A stretch of DNA of 32,000 nucleotides from Verrucomicrobiota bacterium (GTDB lineage: Bacteria > Verrucomicrobiota > Verrucomicrobiia > Opitutales > LL51): NCBI GenBank assembly GCA_021294815.2, contig CP095464.1, positions 750,001 to 782,000 on the forward strand. The letters are read 5' to 3'. The notes beneath the pieces were generated by a model. The model saw nothing but the letters and a program-made list of their open reading frames with translations. It made no database searches and had not been told where the DNA came from. The position numbers were made by a program, and so were the translations under genes. Below are positions 17,572 through 26,039 of this stretch, piece by piece (the first letter of the stretch is position 1; every line of letters starts with the position of its first letter).

Positions 17572-18420
17572 TTAACAGAGCACAAAAGTTTTAATAAGAA
17601 TAACTCCGAGAGGCAACGTTAGGACAAGACTGTCGGTGAGGTCAAAGATACCGCCAATGCCCGGGATCGAATTCCCTGAATCTTTTACGTTGGCGAGGCG
17701 CTTGAGTCCCGATTCGACGAGGTCAGAAATAAGGGAAAAAAACGATAAAATCGCTGCGATGATAATGGTCGCTGTAAGCGTGAAATCGTTCGGCCAAAGG
17801 TGATCGGAGCAGCATCTGAAAATCACGCCGGCAGCAATGGAAAAGATCAACGATCCCAATAATCCCTCGTAAGTTTTTTTCGGGCTAAACGCAGGTGCGA
17901 TGTGATGTTTCCCAATAAGACAGCCCACTAACAATCCGCCGACATCAGCGCATTTGATGACGACAATCATCCATATAATTAATAAGGTCGCGACAATTTC
18001 AGAGCTGTAATAAAGTGGACCATTTTTAATAAATTCGATCGGCAATGCGAATAAAACGGGTATGTAAGCAAAACCAAAAAGCGTTGGAATTAGGGATTTT
18101 AAAATTGCCTCAGGAGTTTGTTTGAGAGTGATTGTCGTCGAGTATAAGACTGTAAGAAATGTGGTTGCGGCGACGGCGGAACTGATCGTGCTCAGTCCAA
18201 TGGGTTGCGCGTAAACATGGAGCAAAAAGAATGTTCCAAACAAAGTTGCCGTATATTTGTACGGGCGGTTTCCCATTTGCTCTACGAGTTGATAGAACTC
18301 GTATTGGGTAAGCGAGGCGGCAAAAATGAGGAGAAAAACGCCACCGGGTGTTCCCAAAATCGCTAAAACAGCGCCAATCAAGCTCCATAAAAAAATCGTA
18401 CTTAAAGTGCGTCGGATCAT
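17572..18420 (-). CDS. cdsA: Phosphatidate cytidylyltransferase (CDP-diglyceride synthase), with a divergent signature motif
   Basis: Multi-TM protein with FSPKKTYEG and SGLKRLANVKDSGNSIPGIGGIFDLTDS (compare E. coli [28 protein letters not shown]). Sits in the uppS-cdsA arrangement. Confidence 0.85.
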   Translation of the reverse strand: MIRRTLSTIFLWSLIGAVLAILGTPGGVFLLIFAASLTQYEFYQLVEQMGNRPYKYTATLFGTFFLLHVYAQPIGLSTISSAVAATTFLTVLYSTTITLKQTPEAILKSLIPTLFGFAYIPVLFALPIEFIKNGPLYYSSEIVATLLIIWMIVVIKCADVGGLLVGCLIGKHHIAPAFSPKKTYEGLLGSLIFSIAAGVIFRCCSDHLWPNDFTLTATIIIAAILSFFSLISDLVESGLKRLANVKDSGNSIPGIGGIFDLTDSLVLTLPLGVILIKTFVLC

Positions 18421-19100
18421 TGTCCAAAATTCCGTTGTCGGTGTTGATATTCTAAAAGTGCGGCCTCAAAATCCTGTGACGAGAAATCGGGCCACCCCTG
18501 TTGAAGGAAAATAATTTCGGCATAAGCCGATTGTAACAGTAGAAAGTTACTCAAACGCTGCTCTCCGGAAGTGCGGATCACCAGGTCGACATCGGGGAGT
18601 CCGCGAGTATCCAATTTTTCCCTTAATAACTCCCAAGTAATGTGTTCTTTTTCTAATTCTGTCAGTGACGCGATGGTTCGAATCAGTTCGTCGCGGCTGC
18701 CGTAGTTGATCGCAATCACAACGGTCAGCGCGTCGTTAGAGGCTGAAGCATTTTCCAGCGCTTGCATTTTCTCCTGTAACGTTGGGTTTAGCACTGTTCG
18801 ATTTCCAATAAACCGTATACGAATGGCATAACGTTGGACCCACCGACGAAAATGTTCAATAGAACGCCGAAAGAGGCCCATAAGGTAGTCGATTTCAGCG
18901 GCGGAACGTTTCCAATTCTCTGTCGAAAATGCAAAAAATGAGAGGTAGGGGATTTTATGACGGAGCGCAGCTTGTACGGCCTGAGTAACGGCATGAACCC
19001 CACGGCGATGGCCGAAAAACGTCGGTAGATGGTGCTGCTGTGCCCACCGGCGATTGCCGTCCATAATGATCGCGATATGTTTGGGGTTAGCCGGGTCCAT
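18417..19100 (-). CDS. uppS: Di-trans,poly-cis-undecaprenyl-diphosphate synthase
   Basis: HIAIIMDGNRRWA and RTSGEQRLSNFLLLQSAYAE motifs. ATG at 19100 preferred (a TTG at 19151 would add 17 aa). 4-nt ATGA overlap with cdsA. Confidence 0.9.
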   Translation of the reverse strand: MDPANPKHIAIIMDGNRRWAQQHHLPTFFGHRRGVHAVTQAVQAALRHKIPYLSFFAFSTENWKRSAAEIDYLMGLFRRSIEHFRRWVQRYAIRIRFIGNRTVLNPTLQEKMQALENASASNDALTVVIAINYGSRDELIRTIASLTELEKEHITWELLREKLDTRGLPDVDLVIRTSGEQRLSNFLLLQSAYAEIIFLQQGWPDFSSQDFEAALLEYQHRQRNFGQ

Positions 19101-19153
19101 CTTCTTCGTCAGCAAAGGGTAAGCGTTTCGGTTGTGATAGGCAATGGACAAAA

Positions 19154-19360
19154 TTATTTATGATAAAAGGGATGACAACGCGCGAGACGCTGGAGAATAA
19201 GCTCACACGCTTTAGCCAAGGAATATTTTTTAAGGACACGTAGCGCAAACTCCGAGCAGGTGGGCGTAAAGCGACAACGACAATAAGTGCCAAATAATAA
19301 CAACTTCACCGGTGAAAAAAACCGGTAAATGTGTACACAACCAATCATAAGGCGACGCAT
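19154..19360 (-). CDS. yidD: Membrane protein insertion efficiency factor YidD
   Basis: IYRFFSP....CRFTPTCSEFA....RLARCHPF is the YidD pattern. ATG at 19360 is preferred over the TTG at 19381, which would overlap ffh. Confidence 0.8.
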   Translation of the reverse strand: MRRLMIGCVHIYRFFSPVKLLLFGTYCRCRFTPTCSEFALRVLKKYSLAKACELILQRLARCHPFYHK

Positions 19361-19367
19361 GAGTAAA

Positions 19368-20690
19368 TTAACGCCCGCCAAAGAGCGAGGCGAGGTTGAC
19401 CTTGGAACCTTTAACCTTTTTCATCACCGTTTGCATCTGTTTAAAGCTTTTGAGGAGCGCATTGACGTCCTGGACAGAGGTCCCCGAACCGTGTGCGATT
19501 CGTAGCCGTCGCGAGCCGTCGATAATGCCGGGGTTGGCACGTTCTTTAGGCGTCATCGAATAAATAATTGCCTCCGTTCGTTGAACACGGGTATTGGCCT
19601 CAGGACCGAGATTGAGTTGGTGCATCCCCGGGAGGTGTTTGATGAGCGATTCGAGTGGCCCCATGTTTTTAATCGACTGAAGCTGGCTCAGGAAATCGTT
19701 CATATCGAATTTTCCTTTTTTGAGCTTCTTTTCGAGTTCTTTTGCCTTGGTCTCGTCGACCTGCTCTTGGGCTTTTTCGACGAGCGAAACTACGTCGCCC
19801 ATCCCTAAGATTCGTTGCGCGATACGCTCGGGGTGGAAGATTTCAAACGCGTCGAGCTTTTCGCCTGTACCAATATAACGAATTGCAATGCCCGTTATTT
19901 CCTTCATCGAGAGCGCTGCGCCAGCTCGGGTATCGCCATCGAGCTTGGTGAGGATGATTCCTGTTAACGGTAACGCTTCGCGAAACTTTTGAGCAACGTT
20001 CGCAGCCTCCTGTCCGAGTGCGCCATCGGCGACAAGAAAAACCTCCTGTGGCTGTACGGCCTTTTCAATTTGCTGCACCTCATGAATCAGGTCTTGATCG
20101 ATCTGGAGACGTCCCGCGGTATCGAATAAAATGACGTCATTCCCACTCTCTTGGGCACTATGAAGTCCATCGCGGGTAATCTTAATCGCATCTTTCGTGT
20201 TATGTTCTGTGTAACAGGTAATGCCAATTTGCTGAGAGAGTTGCTCGAGCTGATCGATAGCTGCCGGCCGATAGACATCACACGCAACAGCAAGCGGCGA
20301 GCTGAAACCTGCTTTGTGTTTCAAAAAACGTGCTAACTTGGCGACTGTTGTTGTCTTTCCCGACCCATGAAGGCCGACGATGAGAATTTTGAGGGGACGC
20401 GCCGCATTGAGCGTTGGAACCTCGCGTTCGCCTAGTAATGTGACAAGCTCGTCGAAAACGATTTTAATGAATTGTTGATCTGGTGTAACGCTTTGCAGCA
20501 CCTCTTTCCCGAGGCATCGATCCCGAGTGCGTTGGATGAAGTTATTGGCAACAGTAAAATTGACATCGGCCGAAAGAAGTGCCGTGCGAATCTCGCCCAA
20601 GGCATCCGCGATATTTTTTTCAGAGAGCCTATGTGTGCCACGTAAGGTCCGGAAAACCTGGCTGAGTTTGTCGGTAATCGACTCAAACAT
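19368..20690 (-). CDS. ffh: Signal recognition particle protein Ffh
   Basis: GTPase motifs GLHGSGKTT, DTAGR and TKLDGD, plus a methionine-rich M domain with a C-terminal basic tail. Confidence 0.95.
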   Translation of the reverse strand: MFESITDKLSQVFRTLRGTHRLSEKNIADALGEIRTALLSADVNFTVANNFIQRTRDRCLGKEVLQSVTPDQQFIKIVFDELVTLLGEREVPTLNAARPLKILIVGLHGSGKTTTVAKLARFLKHKAGFSSPLAVACDVYRPAAIDQLEQLSQQIGITCYTEHNTKDAIKITRDGLHSAQESGNDVILFDTAGRLQIDQDLIHEVQQIEKAVQPQEVFLVADGALGQEAANVAQKFREALPLTGIILTKLDGDTRAGAALSMKEITGIAIRYIGTGEKLDAFEIFHPERIAQRILGMGDVVSLVEKAQEQVDETKAKELEKKLKKGKFDMNDFLSQLQSIKNMGPLESLIKHLPGMHQLNLGPEANTRVQRTEAIIYSMTPKERANPGIIDGSRRLRIAHGSGTSVQDVNALLKSFKQMQTVMKKVKGSKVNLASLFGGR

Positions 20691-20723
20691 AGCGCTTTTT
20701 TCTAAAAACGCAGGGTACTAGTG

Positions 20724-21527
20724 TCAAACGCGAATCCATCGTTGCCGAACGCATTCATAAAGTACAACGGCCGTGGCAGCTGAGACATTGAGCGAGTCCG
20801 AAATTCCCTGCTGCGGAATCCGGATTGTATGGGCCTGTTGGAGCCAGTGCTCGCTGACGCCGTGGCTTTCGGAGCCGACGAGGATCGCCGCCGAATGTTG
20901 AAGGTTTCCTTCAAAATAGAGCCGTTCCGCGTGGGGAGTCGTGACGAAAGTAGTGATATGATGTCGTGCCGTAAAGTCCAAAAATGCTTCCGTCGTCGCG
21001 TGATAAATTGGCATCGAAAAGACGGCGCCCTGGGAATTACGGATCACGTTGGGGTTAAAAATTTCCGTTGATTGATCGAGAACGATGACCGCGTCGATAC
21101 CCGCTGATTCCGCGGTACGAACGATTGCACCAAAGTTGCTAGGTTTTTCAATTCCCTCGGTAACGAGTAAAAATGCAGGGTTGTTAGGGGTAAAGTTGTT
21201 AAAATCTAGAGCAGTTGCAGTTCCAAGAGCCAATAATCCGTCACCGTGTTCCCGAAGGGAAATTTTAGAAAAGACCTCGGATGAAACCTCTGTTATGGGA
21301 ATTCTTGCGTTTTCGAGCTGTGTTACGAGTGATTGCGCGGATTCGTGATCAGTCCATAATTCAGGGCAAAATAACAATTCCCGGACGTAGCCACCGGCCT
21401 GAGCTCGCGTAATTTCTCGAAATCCTTCGACGAGAAAAAGATTATATTGCTTGCGATGTGCGGGTTTTTTGAGTCTATTGATAAACTTGATTTTTTCGTT
21501 AGATCTGCTGCGAATCAACGCTGTCAT
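20724..21527 (-). CDS. TrmH/SpoU-family RNA 2'-O-methyltransferase
   Basis: SpoU motifs NFGAIVRTAESAGID, LVGSESHGVS and IPQQGISDSLNVSAATAVVLYE. ATG at 21527 is preferred over the upstream alternative start at 21569. Confidence 0.8.
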   Translation of the reverse strand: MTALIRSRSNEKIKFINRLKKPAHRKQYNLFLVEGFREITRAQAGGYVRELLFCPELWTDHESAQSLVTQLENARIPITEVSSEVFSKISLREHGDGLLALGTATALDFNNFTPNNPAFLLVTEGIEKPSNFGAIVRTAESAGIDAVIVLDQSTEIFNPNVIRNSQGAVFSMPIYHATTEAFLDFTARHHITTFVTTPHAERLYFEGNLQHSAAILVGSESHGVSEHWLQQAHTIRIPQQGISDSLNVSAATAVVLYECVRQRWIRV

Positions 21528-21626
21528 CCATAAAATCCAAGTGAAGCACACATCCGGAGACAACTCCAAAAATCAGATGCGATTAAAACTTGCCAATGTC
21601 ATAAATTTTTGTAAAAACACGGTGCG

Positions 21627-22043
21627 ATGGAGGATGGGGAAGCAATGGCGGCGTTGGCGCAGTATTTTTGCGTTGGCGACGCAGAAACAGCCGATGCGCT
21701 CGAGGTCGTTATTGATGAAGCATTAAAAGTCCGTTGTTTTTGTCGGAGTAACTGGCTGTACTTTTGGGGTGAAATCGCACCGATTCAAGCGACGAATTTT
21801 GAGTCCGTTCAACATCTTTTGCGATGGAATTTAGCGCGTGTTCCGCAAACGGATGACGTTTTGGCCTACGATCCGCCAATGGCAACAGTTTATCTACTAC
21901 ATCGCCGGCCCTTATCGAAGCTTTTTCTCGACAACATCTTTCAGGAAGCGGAGACATTCACCGCGAATTTAGCGTTTTGGGTTGATGCGTTTGCGTACCC
22001 CACCGCGGTACCAACGGAACGGCTTTATGTATTGGGATATTAA
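21627..22043 (+). CDS. Small acidic protein, candidate class I type III secretion chaperone (CesT/SycE-like); function inferred
   Basis: 138 aa with about 19 D/E versus 9 K/R by hand count. The N-terminal pattern ALAQYFCVGDAETADALEVVIDEALKVRCF...WLYFWGEI resembles CesT/Tir-chaperone family N-termini. Its stop at 22041-22043 is 3 nt before the sctC ATG. Confidence 0.45.
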   Translation: MEDGEAMAALAQYFCVGDAETADALEVVIDEALKVRCFCRSNWLYFWGEIAPIQATNFESVQHLLRWNLARVPQTDDVLAYDPPMATVYLLHRRPLSKLFLDNIFQEAETFTANLAFWVDAFAYPTAVPTERLYVLGY

Positions 22044-22046
22044 ACT

Positions 22047-24728
22047 ATGAATCGGTCGATCATTTATGCAGCAATTGGGGCATGTTTTCTCTATTCGAGC
22101 GCTCTTCAGGGTGCAGAAGAGAAAACACCATCGGATGTAACAAAAACGGCGAAAACGCCCAAAGCCCCTAAAAAGGATCGTTTTGGTGGACGTGAGATTC
22201 ATGTCGTCGAGGGGAAGTTGACGCGACAGCCGAAACGTAAATCTAAAAAAGCCGAAACGGCAAAGCATACTGCGTCGGAATCAACGACCAAATCCTCGAA
22301 GCAGTCGGATTTACCGAAATCAACAGCACCAAAGGCTAGAAATAAAGCGGCAGCACCAAAATCTCAGGCTACGTCCACAACACCCAAAGAGTTGGCTAAA
22401 TCCCAGACGAAACCAGAATCGAATGTAACGCAAAAGGACAAGTTTCCAGCGTCAAAAGCAAAGAAGGAAACAACTGCAGCGCAAAAATCATCCGTATCGG
22501 AAGCCAAAAAAACACCTAATACGGCCGTACAATCCATCGCAAAAAAAGAAAACACGCAAGTTGCGCCTGGACCTCAACCCTCCAAAGAAACAACAGCATC
22601 TAGTGCCGTAGAACTTTCGGCGATGAAAGATTCCCTGAAGGCCTCCATCAAGGAATCGCTGGCAGAAATTTTAACAGAAGCCGGGCTTCCTAAATTGATT
22701 CCAGCTGTTACAACGCCAAAAGTAGAAGCGAAATCTTCAGCTACGACTCGATCGACGGCGATACCGGTGCCTCAGGAGTTAACGCAGGCGAAAAATCGCC
22801 AAGTTTCGGGAGATTCCGATAACCCCATTATTGATTTAACGCAGATTACGACTGTTAACCCGATGATGCTCGCGGATGGCGATCCAGCGGATTTGTTACC
22901 CTGGAAGGAAAGCGACTACTACCACTTCGCAAAAAATCAATCGCTCAAAGAACTGGTGCGGAGTTTTTGTAGCGCGCAGTCTGTCGATGTCATCGTGAGC
23001 GATGCGGTCAACGACGTGGTGAACGGTAAATTTAGCAATGTCTCGGCGCGACAATTTTGGAAGGATATTGTGAGCGCCTATGGGCTCGTTTGGTTCTACG
23101 ATGGCAGTTTGCTGTACGTTTACAAGAGCGGAGAGATCCAGTCTAAGGTCCTGCAGATGGGACGTGATGAGATGCGGACATTGATCCGCGTCATTACGCA
23201 GTTGGGCTACTTAAGCTCTAATATCAATTTCCGTCCGATGGAAACCGCGGGAATTCTCGTTGTCAGCGGTCCACCAAAGTTAATGGAGATGCTTGAAGAA
23301 CTTATCTCAAAAGTCGTCATTGAGCGCGTTAGCGATGTCTACGATATTCGGACATTTCCATTGAAACACGCCTGGGCGTACGATATGTCCGTGAGTTACC
23401 GTGGCGGTAATATGAACATTCCCGGTGTTGCAAGTATGCTCCAGCAAATTATAGGGAGTCTTCCGGGGCCCGTTGGAGAAGCCAATTTGGGGATGAATAT
23501 CGGTAAGGATCCGTCTCCGAGTTCCGCGACCCCGCTCGATGCCATGGTCGGTCCTGCCGAGGCACGTCGTACACAAAGTAAGGAGAGTAAAGACGAAGGA
23601 TCCAACAAAGATGCTGATAAGAACATAAATTCCGACAAACCCTCCAATGTCGGCGATATTTTTATCACCTACGACACGCGTCTCAATGCAGTGATTGTAA
23701 AGGCCAAGCACCAGGATATGCGCTTCATTGAACAAATTATCGAGCAACTCGATGTTCCGCGTGAAGCCATCCGAATCGATGTCGCGGTGGTCGATATCTC
23801 ACGAAGTGGAGTCTTAAATATCGGTTCGAAGTTTGAACCTAACATTAGGAGAGGGAAATTTACATTTACAGAGAACTATGAGAAACAAGAGCTCAATACG
23901 CGCTTTACGATTAATCTCGGTAACCTATTCCGCAATTTTGGATTTGAAGAGACACTCGATATTTTAGAGGACGTTGGTAATGCACAAACATTAACGCGTT
24001 CCTCGGTTATTACACTCGATAACATTGCTGCCGTTGTTGACAGTTCCCACACGATGTATGTTAAAGTCTCAGGGCAAAAAGCGGGCGACCTGTTTGATGT
24101 TTCAGTATCAACGAAGCTTGTGGTAGTTCCGCATATTGTTCCGGGGAGTTTTAATGATAAAGGTGCTCCAAAAATTAAGCTATTGATTGATGTAAGTGAT
24201 GGTAAATTTACTCAGGATCCAACAGAAGAAGGAGGTTCTACAGAACCGAAAACGGATACAAACACTGTGAATACCGAAGCGTCCATTTATGTGGGGCAGA
24301 GTTTGTTTATTGGAGGTTATTTCCATGAAATACACAAAAAGAGTGCCAAAGGGCTTCCATTTTTCAAAGACATACCCCTCTTGGGGCATTTGTTTAAAGC
24401 TTCGACGAATAGTACGGAGGTGATGGAGCGCGTCTATATTATCACCCCGACGCTGGTTGATACAACCGATTCGGAGTTAGGGACCTATGATCGGTTCTTC
24501 CAGGATAGCCGACTCTCGGGTGAGACGACATTAGATCGCGATGAATTTAATCTGATGAAGCCCTATAAGTCGAAGCAGGATAAGATCGAATCGGCGACCT
24601 ACGAACGTTTGGGCAAGGAGGATGAGTTTCGCAAATACACAAGAAAACGTGAGCTTCCGCAAAAAAGTTCTAGCAATGAACAGCTCCAGCGGCCGGGCCG
24701 GCAGGAGTTGCATTCGCGGAGACGATAA
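22047..24728 (+). CDS. sctC: Type III secretion system outer-membrane secretin (SctC/YscC/CdsC family) with a long N-terminal extension
   Basis: Signal peptide MNRSIIYAAIGACFLYSSALQG. N0-like domain from about aa 288 (YYHFAKNQSLKELVRSFC...GLVWFYDGSLLYVYKSGEI). Secretin core strings: TLTRSSVITLDNIAAVV, TEASIYVGQSLFIGGY, GLPFFKDIPLLGHLFK, ERVYIITPTLV. Confidence 0.9.
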   Translation: MNRSIIYAAIGACFLYSSALQGAEEKTPSDVTKTAKTPKAPKKDRFGGREIHVVEGKLTRQPKRKSKKAETAKHTASESTTKSSKQSDLPKSTAPKARNKAAAPKSQATSTTPKELAKSQTKPESNVTQKDKFPASKAKKETTAAQKSSVSEAKKTPNTAVQSIAKKENTQVAPGPQPSKETTASSAVELSAMKDSLKASIKESLAEILTEAGLPKLIPAVTTPKVEAKSSATTRSTAIPVPQELTQAKNRQVSGDSDNPIIDLTQITTVNPMMLADGDPADLLPWKESDYYHFAKNQSLKELVRSFCSAQSVDVIVSDAVNDVVNGKFSNVSARQFWKDIVSAYGLVWFYDGSLLYVYKSGEIQSKVLQMGRDEMRTLIRVITQLGYLSSNINFRPMETAGILVVSGPPKLMEMLEELISKVVIERVSDVYDIRTFPLKHAWAYDMSVSYRGGNMNIPGVASMLQQIIGSLPGPVGEANLGMNIGKDPSPSSATPLDAMVGPAEARRTQSKESKDEGSNKDADKNINSDKPSNVGDIFITYDTRLNAVIVKAKHQDMRFIEQIIEQLDVPREAIRIDVAVVDISRSGVLNIGSKFEPNIRRGKFTFTENYEKQELNTRFTINLGNLFRNFGFEETLDILEDVGNAQTLTRSSVITLDNIAAVVDSSHTMYVKVSGQKAGDLFDVSVSTKLVVVPHIVPGSFNDKGAPKIKLLIDVSDGKFTQDPTEEGGSTEPKTDTNTVNTEASIYVGQSLFIGGYFHEIHKKSAKGLPFFKDIPLLGHLFKASTNSTEVMERVYIITPTLVDTTDSELGTYDRFFQDSRLSGETTLDRDEFNLMKPYKSKQDKIESATYERLGKEDEFRKYTRKRELPQKSSSNEQLQRPGRQELHSRRR

Positions 24729-24755
24729 AACGCAATGCGATACGCAAAACGCGTG

Positions 24756-24784
24756 TTGACGGAAGAAAATACATTGGTCATAAT
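24756..24784 (+). promoter_or_regulatory. Candidate sigma70-type promoter for fabG (TTGACG-17 nt-CATAAT)
   Basis: TTGACG at 24756-24761, a 17-nt spacer, then CATAAT at 24779-24784. The -10 ends 6 nt before the ATG at 24791. Pattern match only. Confidence 0.35.
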
Positions 24785-24790
24785 GCGGTC

Positions 24791-25531
24791 ATGGTTGAGA
24801 AAGGCGCAAAGCGGGTCGCGTTAGTGACGGGAGCGGGTCGAGGGCTTGGAGCTGCGATCGCTAAAAAACTTTCCCGTTCTGCCCACGTAATTTGCGTGAG
24901 TCGTTCGTCGAATTGCGAAAAAGTTGCCGAGACTATCCGGGGGGAAGGTTATTCAGCGGAGTCGTTTTCTGTCGATGTCGCCGATGGTGCCGCGGTGGAG
25001 GCTGCTGCTGCTGCGTTATTGAAAAAACATCCGCATATCGATATTTTAGTGAACAATGCGGGCATTACGCGGGATACGCTTGTTCTGCGGATGAAAAATG
25101 AGGATTGGGAAGACGTTTTGCGGACTGACTTGAATAGTTGTTTTTACTGGACTAAGGCGCTATTGCGCGGTATGACTCAGTGTCGTTGGGGACGGATTGT
25201 CAATATCTCTTCTGTGGTTGGTAAGATGGGGAATTTCGGGCAAGCAAACTACGCTGCCGCCAAGGCGGGAATTATTGGTTTTACGAAATCCGTTGCGAAG
25301 GAAGTCGCCTCGCGGGGAGTCTGTGTCAATGCCGTAGCGCCGGGGTTTATCGAGAGCGATATGACAGCTGTATTGCCCGAAAAGGCCGTTGAGGAAATGC
25401 GAAAATTAATTCCCATGAAGCGTATGGGAAGTCCGGAAGATGTCGCTAATGCGGTCGATTTTCTTTGTTCCGATGCGGCAAGCTACATTACGGGCGAGGT
25501 TTTAACCGTTGACGGTGGAATGACGATGTAA
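24791..25531 (+). CDS. fabG: 3-oxoacyl-[acyl-carrier-protein] reductase (classical SDR)
   Basis: VALVTGAGRGLG cofactor motif, NNAG, the catalytic S...YAAAKAG triad, and the FabG-like tail YITGEVLTVDGGMTM. Confidence 0.85.
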   Translation: MVEKGAKRVALVTGAGRGLGAAIAKKLSRSAHVICVSRSSNCEKVAETIRGEGYSAESFSVDVADGAAVEAAAAALLKKHPHIDILVNNAGITRDTLVLRMKNEDWEDVLRTDLNSCFYWTKALLRGMTQCRWGRIVNISSVVGKMGNFGQANYAAAKAGIIGFTKSVAKEVASRGVCVNAVAPGFIESDMTAVLPEKAVEEMRKLIPMKRMGSPEDVANAVDFLCSDAASYITGEVLTVDGGMTM

Positions 25532-25532
25532 G

Positions 25533-26039
25533 ATGGAGCGTGCGAAATGTAGTGTTTGTGGAGCGCCCGCAGTTGTTCATCTTCAGCAGCTTGAGGGAGA
25601 AATCGAACGTTCGGTTGACCTCTGTGAATCCTGTGCTCGAAATTACGGCGTTTTGTCCAACAGTTCCTTGCCATTTTCAATTGTCCAAAGTGTAAGTGCG
25701 ACGCTTTTCAATCAGTTAAGCGTTTCTCAAACGCGCTCTCCGCGGCATTGTTCCGGTTGTGGCTGTACGGCGGAAACGTTAATGAAAAGATCGCATGTGG
25801 GTTGTGTACAATGTTATGAGGATCTCCAAAACGATTTGATGGCGATGCTTTGTGGTAATCAGAAGTCGTTCCATCATGTAGGGCGTCGCCCTAAACCGTT
25901 ACGTACCAGGGTAACTAAAAAAAGGGTATTGAAAGAGCCGGACACGCTTGTGTTAAAGCTCAAAAAGGCGATCGAGGAAGAGCGTTTTGAAGAAGTGGCA
26001 ATCTTACGCGACCAACTTTCAGAAAATGAGCGCGGTTAA
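25533..26039 (+). CDS. mcsA: McsA-like protein arginine kinase activator (zinc-finger plus UVR domain)
   Basis: Four CxxC pairs (CSVC, CESC, CSGC, CVQC) followed by a UVR-type helix, LKLKKAIEEERFEEVAILRDQL. Sits immediately upstream of mcsB and overlaps it. Confidence 0.75.
   Translation: MERAKCSVCGAPAVVHLQQLEGEIERSVDLCESCARNYGVLSNSSLPFSIVQSVSATLFNQLSVSQTRSPRHCSGCGCTAETLMKRSHVGCVQCYEDLQNDLMAMLCGNQKSFHHVGRRPKPLRTRVTKKRVLKEPDTLVLKLKKAIEEERFEEVAILRDQLSENERG

Noticed and set aside
22110-22900. Repetitive-looking DNA in the 5' part of sctC, considered as a tandem repeat or CRISPR-like array.
   Set aside because: The bias is compositional (AAA/AAG, GCN, ACN, TCN codons) with no fixed period or conserved repeat unit, and the region lies in a continuous reading frame.
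23307-23747. 146-aa and 90-aa antisense ORFs inside sctC.
   Set aside because: They lie opposite the well-supported secretin frame and have no start context or recognisable motifs.
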